Virus record (IMG/VR): IMGVR_UViG_3300045210_000027
DNA from: an uncultured virus (IMG/VR IMGVR_UViG_3300045210_000027)
Lineage: Duplodnaviria; Heunggongvirae; Uroviricota; Caudoviricetes
Length of the DNA stretch: 20,000 nucleotides
Strand: one strand, 5' to 3'
Position numbers and translations under genes: made by a program. The notes under the pieces are model-generated. The model worked only from the letters and a program-made list of their open reading frames with translations, searched no databases and was not told the origin of the DNA. Positions 15,425 through 20,000 of the stretch are shown piece by piece (within the stretch, counting starts at the first letter, position 1; each line of letters starts with the position of its first letter).

Positions 15425-15983
15425 CGCTCGCCTCCCGGTAGGGGTTTCGCTCGAAGATCGGGTCGTGCCACTTGACCTCTGCGCCGAGGTGTTGGAGCGC
15501 GGTCGTCGCGCCCTCGTCCCATGCCTTCGCGGCGATCTCGCGGTCCCGGTCGGGGTCGCGGAGGTATCCGTCAGCGTGCAGGGCGCGGGCTACCTTCCGG
15601 TACGACTCTCGCGATTGGCGCATGGCGTCGTCCCATGGCGTCGGGTCGGCAGGAAACCCGGGGTCGCTGTCGTAGATGATCCGCGCCGCCTGCTCGATGA
15701 CGTCGCCGGACTGCTGCACGGGTGCGTCAGTAGCCCGCGCCACCTGCTCGATGACGTCGCCGGTCTGTAAAGCGGGCTTTGCAGTACGGCTTTCCAGTAG
15801 CGCGAGCACGGCGTCGACCTGCTGTTCCAGCCCGTCGCACCGCTCCGTGTCGCAGTAGCAGTCCTCGCCCTCGACTGCGCACGTGCCGCCGCAAAGTGGT
15901 TGGCCGCAGTCGCAATGGTCGGGGTGGTGAACGTCTGTCACGCTCAGCGCCCGCACGATCTCGTCGCGGGTGGGGTTGCTCAT
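15417..15983 (-). CDS. Hypothetical modular phage protein (Cys-rich N-terminus, internal repeat)
   Basis: Coupled ORF with HCDC...C...C...CYC...C, duplicated GDVIEQ.AR, and an AAKAWDEG module. Confidence 0.75.
   Translation of the reverse strand: MSNPTRDEIVRALSVTDVHHPDHCDCGQPLCGGTCAVEGEDCYCDTERCDGLEQQVDAVLALLESRTAKPALQTGDVIEQVARATDAPVQQSGDVIEQAARIIYDSDPGFPADPTPWDDAMRQSRESYRKVARALHADGYLRDPDRDREIAAKAWDEGATTALQHLGAEVKWHDPIFERNPYREASDE
15681..15767. repeat. 33-bp direct repeat, two copies, period 54
   Basis: CCGCGCC(G/A)CCTGCTCGATGACGTCGCCGG(A/T)CTG at 15681-15713 and 15735-15767. Confidence 0.9.
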
Positions 15984-16270
15984 GATCGGGCCTCCTTCGC
16001 GGCCAGGAGCGCGGCTATGGCGATCTCGGCCGCATAGGCCGGATCGGGTCGGGTCCCGTCTGCCGCCATGTGGTCCGAGACCGCTTGCGCCCCGGCCTCG
16101 ATCTCGGCGGCCGTCGGGTCCTGCTCGGCCTGCCAGACGGCTCCGGCGATGAAGCCGTGCACGTACCCCTCCCGTTTGGCGAACTGCTCCATGGTCGGCA
16201 CGGTCTGCCCGCTAATCCCCGGCCGGGTTCTACGCTGCGCTTCCGCGCGTGCGCGGTCCTCAGTGCTCAT
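15980..16270 (-). CDS. Hypothetical phage protein
   Basis: ATGA-coupled at both ends. GFIAGA.W module. Confidence 0.78.
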   Translation of the reverse strand: MSTEDRARAEAQRRTRPGISGQTVPTMEQFAKREGYVHGFIAGAVWQAEQDPTAAEIEAGAQAVSDHMAADGTRPDPAYAAEIAIAALLAAKEARS

Positions 16271-16659
16271 GTCGTTGGCTCCTTCCAGTCGGTGACTTCG
16301 CGGCAGACGAGGTGTCCGCCGTGGCGGCGCTGGTATCGCAGGGCGTCCTCATAGGACCAGTCGATCGAGTTGTCGAAGATCCACGGCTCTGGGCCGTCGC
16401 CCTCCACGGTCCACTCGGTGGTGGTCGGCTCGGCCTGCTCGCCCGGCACGTGTAGGACGGTGAAGGGGCCGTATGTATCCATCACGAGAGGGTTGATGGC
16501 CGACAGGCGGCCATACGAGGTGGCGTAGACAAGGCACTTCCCGGCCTCCACGCTGCGCAGTTCCGCCACCGTTCCGTGCACATTGCGCACAACGCTCCTA
16601 ACCGGCAGCGCGTCCAGGTCCTCGGCGGTCTCGATCACGTCACCACGCCGCGAGCTCAT
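16267..16659 (-). CDS. Hypothetical phage protein, 130 aa
   Basis: ATG at 16659 overlaps the upstream stop. IETAEDLDALP..SVV...GPFTVLH.P module. Confidence 0.75.
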   Translation of the reverse strand: MSSRRGDVIETAEDLDALPVRSVVRNVHGTVAELRSVEAGKCLVYATSYGRLSAINPLVMDTYGPFTVLHVPGEQAEPTTTEWTVEGDGPEPWIFDNSIDWSYEDALRYQRRHGGHLVCREVTDWKEPTT

Positions 16660-17129
16660 CGCGCGCCCCCAGCCGTGAGCTGCAGCGGCTCGACCGCGCC
16701 GGACTCGTAGGCGTGGGCGATCGCCGGCAGCACGTCCTCCGCGACCGTCCTGCCCGAGGGGAGCACCGTGTGCGGAAGGAACTCCTCCTCGAAGGTCGTT
16801 ATGCCGGCGGCCACCGCCTCGAGCTTCGCCTTCACCACGAGGGCCAGCGCCCGCCATCGCTGGCGCACCGCCTGCTCGTAGGCCTGCTCCTGCGCGGTCG
16901 CCGACCGGTCCCGCCCGGTAGGAGTCAGGCGGAACTCGCGGGAGTCGCGGTCCGGAAGCGGGAGAACGAACCGGACCCGCCGGGAGTGCGCCTCGAACTG
17001 GATGCTCGCGCGGTCCCCCTGCCAGGCGTATGCGAACGCGGACGCGCCATAGCGGGCGAGGGTGCGCTCGATTTCAGACCGGGACCGGTCCGAGGACACG
17101 TCGGTGCCCTGCGCGTACCGGCCGCTCAC
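16656..17129 (-). CDS. Conserved-type hypothetical phage protein, 157 aa
   Basis: YA.GT.V...RS..EIE..L.RYGA..F...RQRWRAL.LVVKAKLEAV..GI.TFEEEFL pattern of a widespread uncharacterised phage family. Confidence 0.85.
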   Translation of the reverse strand: MSGRYAQGTDVSSDRSRSEIERTLARYGASAFAYAWQGDRASIQFEAHSRRVRFVLPLPDRDSREFRLTPTGRDRSATAQEQAYEQAVRQRWRALALVVKAKLEAVAAGITTFEEEFLPHTVLPSGRTVAEDVLPAIAHAYESGAVEPLQLTAGGAR

Positions 17130-17731
17130 CGCTCGTCCTCGGCGTCCTGCGGAGTGTGGACACAGCGGTTAGGGCGTACCGTCGCGACATGGGAACTCTG
17201 ATAGTGGTGCTGCTCGTCGCCTGGTTGATCCTGTCGATCATCGGATTCGTGCTGAAGGGACTGCTCTGGCTGGGCCTTATCGGTGTTGTGCTGTTCGTCG
17301 GCACCGCCGTGATCGCCCTGATGCGTCGCAAGGCTCACCGTCGGGACTCGCCTCCCGCTCCCTGAGCGCGAGACGGCGGCCGTTTCTGCGTGCCGACGTT
17401 CCTGGCAATGTGGTCGTGCGGCTGCCGTCTCATTCATCGCGCCGGCGCACATGGCCCGGCACGCGTCCGCGACCGCACGATCCGACCCCGACCGGACGAT
17501 GTCCCGCAGGTGCCGCAGCTCGTGGGACCGGACCAGCGTCACCGGCACCACGCCCTCGAGGCGGTCGGTGCCGTCCCGGTAGAGCCGCTGCCCGCCACCG
17601 ATCGCCTGGTAGTGCCCCGCAAGGTCACGCACGAAGTAATCCGGCCTGCCACCGGCCGGGGTCGCCTCGATCAGATGCGCCGTCGGCCAGGCGGCGGGCG
17701 CGGTGAGGGCGTGGGAGGTGTGGGGTTCCAT
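17126..17731 (-). CDS. Hypothetical protein; its C-terminal third is the antisense reading of a nested gene
   Basis: RBS AGGAGG then ATG at 17731. Open to a stop that overlaps the next GTG start (GTGA). Confidence 0.65.
   Translation of the reverse strand: MEPHTSHALTAPAAWPTAHLIEATPAGGRPDYFVRDLAGHYQAIGGGQRLYRDGTDRLEGVVPVTLVRSHELRHLRDIVRSGSDRAVADACRAMCAGAMNETAAARPHCQERRHAETAAVSRSGSGRRVPTVSLATHQGDHGGADEQHNTDKAQPEQSLQHESDDRQDQPGDEQHHYQSSHVATVRPNRCVHTPQDAEDER
17189..17365 (+). CDS. Small two-TM membrane protein, 58 aa, probably leaderless
   Basis: MGTLIVVLLVAWLILSIIGFVLKGLLWLGLIGVVLFVGTAVIALMRRK. TACCGT -10 box (17177-17182) 6 nt before the ATG. Locally lower GC. Confidence 0.8.
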   Translation: MGTLIVVLLVAWLILSIIGFVLKGLLWLGLIGVVLFVGTAVIALMRRKAHRRDSPPAP

Positions 17732-17734
17732 GGG

Positions 17735-18097
17735 TCAGTCCTCCTGGGGGGTGGTCGATGGGTCGGGGTCGCCGTAGCCCGCGGCGTGCAGCAGCTCGAT
17801 GAGGTCACCGAGGCGGATGAGCGCGGGGTAAGCGGCGGCGTTCTCGCCCTGGCCGTTGCACCGGAACACGGCGAGGGGTAGGCGGCCGTGGGCGGCCTGC
17901 TCGGCCTGCTTGAGCCAGGCGAGCGGGTCGAGGTTGGTGCGGGCCTTGACCTCGACGCTGATGTCGGGGGTGCCGGTGATGTCCGCGCCTTGCCGTCCTG
18001 CGCCGGCGGACTCGGCGTAGGGCCAGCCGTTGGTGGCAAGGAGTTGGGCGACGACTTTCTGGGTGCGCATTCCGCGGTGCTTCCGTGCTTGCGTCAT
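17735..18097 (-). CDS. Holliday junction resolvase-like PD-(D/E)xK nuclease, 120 aa
   Basis: RKHRG..TQ..VA..L...GWP...G.DI.G....SVEVKAR motif. RBS AAGGA. Confidence 0.8.
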   Translation of the reverse strand: MTQARKHRGMRTQKVVAQLLATNGWPYAESAGAGRQGADITGTPDISVEVKARTNLDPLAWLKQAEQAAHGRLPLAVFRCNGQGENAAAYPALIRLGDLIELLHAAGYGDPDPSTTPQED

Positions 18098-18117
18098 TGC
18101 GGTGAGTTCCTTTCCGG

Positions 18118-18498
18118 CTAGAAGGTTGGGGGCCCGTCGAATACGGGGCGGGTGTGGTCGATTTCGAATTGGAGTTGCTGAATTGAGGGCGCTCCCTGGC
18201 CGCATTTGTGTTCGGCGAGGATTGGTCCGGCGGGTTTGCCTATTCGCCTGTGGGTGGCGCCGGGCCATGCGCGCCAGCTGCCGATGCGCCATTGGCCTGG
18301 CTGGCCGGTGAGGTCGCAGGTGCGGCGGTTCAGGACGAGGAGGCACGCGACTTCGCTTGCCGTGTCGAGTGGGTGGGGGTCGAGGGTGGCGGGGAGGCTG
18401 GGCGCCTCGGTCCAGCCGGTGATGACGGGCGCCTTGCACTTGGGGCAGGGGCGGAGGGTGGCGGGCCGGTTCGCGTTCCGCTGGGTGGTGGTCTTCAT
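18118..18498 (-). CDS. Hypothetical Zn-ribbon protein
   Basis: CPKC near the N-terminus and EHKC near the C-terminus. ATGA overlap with the helicase stop. Confidence 0.72.
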   Translation of the reverse strand: MKTTTQRNANRPATLRPCPKCKAPVITGWTEAPSLPATLDPHPLDTASEVACLLVLNRRTCDLTGQPGQWRIGSWRAWPGATHRRIGKPAGPILAEHKCGQGAPSIQQLQFEIDHTRPVFDGPPTF

Positions 18499-20000
18499 GA
18501 GTCCGCCTCCTCGGGGTCGAGGAGCTCTCCGGTGTGTGGGTCGACGCGGAGGCCGGTTTGGTAGTCGAGATGCCCAGGGGGACGGTGAGTGTTCGGTGCG
18601 TCCGTGACCGTCCCCACCGCCCCTACGGGGGGGCGGTGGTGGGGGACAGTCACTTCACCGTCCCGGGGGACGGTTGGGGGACGGTTGGGGGACGGTGGTG
18701 TTGTGGGGGCGATCAGGTCGTTCAGCGGCGGCTCGTAGGCGTCAGCCTCGGGGTCGCTCTTCTGTCGGTAGACGGTCGCGGAGCGGAACAGACGTGCGTT
18801 CCTGGGGCCGGGCTCCTCGGTGATGTACCCGCCGTCTGAGAGCAGGTTGACGGCGTCGGCGAACGTCTGTCGCTTGGCTCGCCCGCCGTCGTCCCGGTAC
18901 GCGGTCTCGACCTGACGGAAGGACATGGGCTGGCGCTCCGCTTCGAGGAGCCGGCTGACCTTCTCCATCACACCGGTGGGCTTGAACGGCTTCCCGTCGT
19001 CGTCGTGACGGTCGGTGACGTTGGTGTCCGGTGGGTCGAACTGGAAGCTGATCCGATTGTCGTCGCCAGTGGAGTCGATAATGATTCGTGCGGCTTCCTG
19101 GGACCTGTCGCTGGACCGGTATGCGCCACAATGTGCGCGCACTTCACCGGGTCGGTCTTTCCCGACGCGCAGACTGATGCTGCCTTTGAGGCCTTTCCCG
19201 ATAACTTCGACGGGTTCGACGCTGAATGATGCGCCGTCGAGGGTGGCCATCTTGGCTTGCCCGCCGATGGCGAACCGGCCGCGGGTCTCGGTGTTCTTGA
19301 TGACGTGGTCGATGAGGATGACGGCTGCCCCGGTGCTGGTGGACAGCATGCGGGGGATCATCCGGTGCCAGGTGCTGACCTCGTCGTTGTCCTTGGATGC
19401 GGCTCCGGACTGGCCGAGGGCGTCAGTGACTCCGTCGATGATGACGAGGCGGAGCTGCCGGCCGAGGAGTTCGCGCCACTGGTCGAGCTCGGTGATGGCG
19501 TAGGGGGATGTTTCGGGGCGGATGTAGGTGAACTGGTCCCGGATCTGGGTGGGGGTGGCGCCAAGCTGGAGGAGCCTGTTGGTGATGGGCCCGGGGGCGT
19601 CCTCGTAGTCGATGTAGGCGACCTGTTGGCCGGCGTTCAGTTCGACGGCGGCGAGGGCCTGGACGATGAGGCTCTTGCCGGATTCGCTTTCGCCGTGGAA
19701 GTCGTGGACCTTCCCGGGGTAGATGAGGTTGATGCCGTCTGTGCGGGTGAACAGTTCGGGCCGGTCGGGGGTCCAGGTTCCGTCGAGGTAGGGGGTGAGG
19801 TCGATGGGCTGCCAGGACGGGGCGGGTGTGTCAGAAGAGGGTGACTCGGACGGGTCCGTCGAAGTCGCCTCGCTCGATCCGATTGAGGAGGTATTGGTAG
19901 GTGCCCCGGGGTGAGGCGATGAACCCGTCGTAGTCGCCGGAGCGGAGGTGCTCGAGGAGGGCGGCGCGGTCGAGTTCGTGCTCGTCGTCCATGAGGTCGT
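18495..20000 (-). CDS. RepA/AAA_25-like replicative helicase with C-terminal wHTH (5' end outside the window or reached by recoding)
   Basis: Frame has no stop from 20000 to 18495. Walker A GESESGKS, YIDYED, Walker B LVIIDG, ILIDH, KDR. The ORF track shows only the part from 19361. Confidence 0.88.
   Translation of the reverse strand, partial: TTSWTTSTNSTAPPSSSTSAPATTTGSSPHPGAPTNTSSIGSSEATSTDPSESPSSDTPAPSWQPIDLTPYLDGTWTPDRPELFTRTDGINLIYPGKVHDFHGESESGKSLIVQALAAVELNAGQQVAYIDYEDAPGPITNRLLQLGATPTQIRDQFTYIRPETSPYAITELDQWRELLGRQLRLVIIDGVTDALGQSGAASKDNDEVSTWHRMIPRMLSTSTGAAVILIDHVIKNTETRGRFAIGGQAKMATLDGASFSVEPVEVIGKGLKGSISLRVGKDRPGEVRAHCGAYRSSDRSQEAARIIIDSTGDDNRISFQFDPPDTNVTDRHDDDGKPFKPTGVMEKVSRLLEAERQPMSFRQVETAYRDDGGRAKRQTFADAVNLLSDGGYITEEPGPRNARLFRSATVYRQKSDPEADAYEPPLNDLIAPTTPPSPNRPPTVPRDGEVTVPHHRPPVGAVGTVTDAPNTHRPPGHLDYQTGLRVDPHTGELLDPEEADS
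18577..18696. repeat. Iteron-like GGGGGACGGT repeats in both orientations (candidate replication origin)
   Basis: Three tandem 11-bp units at 18665-18696, further copies at 18577-18586 and 18641-18650, inverted ACCGTCCC at 18607 and 18657. Confidence 0.75.
19831..19998 (-). CDS. Alternative-frame ORF overlapping the helicase linker (at least 53 aa)
   Basis: (DL)MDDEHELDRAALLEHLRSGDYDGFIASPRGTYQYLLNRIERGDFDGPVRVTLF*, with mostly G/C third positions. Confidence 0.55.
   Translation of the reverse strand, partial: DLMDDEHELDRAALLEHLRSGDYDGFIASPRGTYQYLLNRIERGDFDGPVRVTLF

Larger units (their letters stand above)
1..20000 (-). mobile_element. Siphovirus-type actinobacterial prophage/phage segment (replication/early genes through tape measure)
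   Basis: Canonical gene order terL-portal-MuF-protease-capsid-head/tail-MTP-TAC-TMP, very high GC, tightly coupled minus-strand genes. No integrase or att site in the window, so both ends lie outside. Confidence 0.97.

Noticed and set aside
18577..18696. Repeats as a CRISPR array or DGR template
   Set aside because: Units are 8-11 bp with no unique spacers, and there is no cas or reverse transcriptase gene in the window.
18495..19361. 288-aa ORF as a complete gene
   Set aside because: The frame continues upstream through both Walker motifs, so 19361 is an internal Met.

Overview
The window lies entirely within a high-GC, actinobacterial-type temperate siphophage or prophage, transcribed almost entirely on the minus strand. 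Read from 20000 down to 1, it holds: a RepA/AAA_25-like helicase gene that runs off the right edge and contains iteron-like repeats; a Holliday-junction-resolvase-like gene; a run of small, translationally coupled early genes; a small terminase displaced upstream of a Zn-finger/HTH regulator and a DUF6221-like gene; a small extra gene; and the morphogenesis operon (TerL, portal, MuF, protease with nested scaffold, DUF2190-like cement, Mu gpT-like capsid, head-tail genes, major tail protein, frameshifted tail chaperones, start of the tape measure). Most notable: (1) MuF is fused to a CdiA-CT-like PD-(D/E)xK nuclease with no co-oriented immunity gene. Instead, a near-consensus promoter in its last codons points at a ~50-nt hairpin, a candidate RNA antitoxin or decoy. 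(2) An exact PafBC/RecA-NDp DNA-damage promoter motif drives a leaderless orphan gene that abuts terL. (3) Two dual-coding regions: an antisense membrane-protein gene nested in another ORF, and an alternative-frame ORF over the helicase linker. (4) Repeated RNA-structure motifs lie in the structural operon. All family calls come from motif recognition and gene order; no database search was run.
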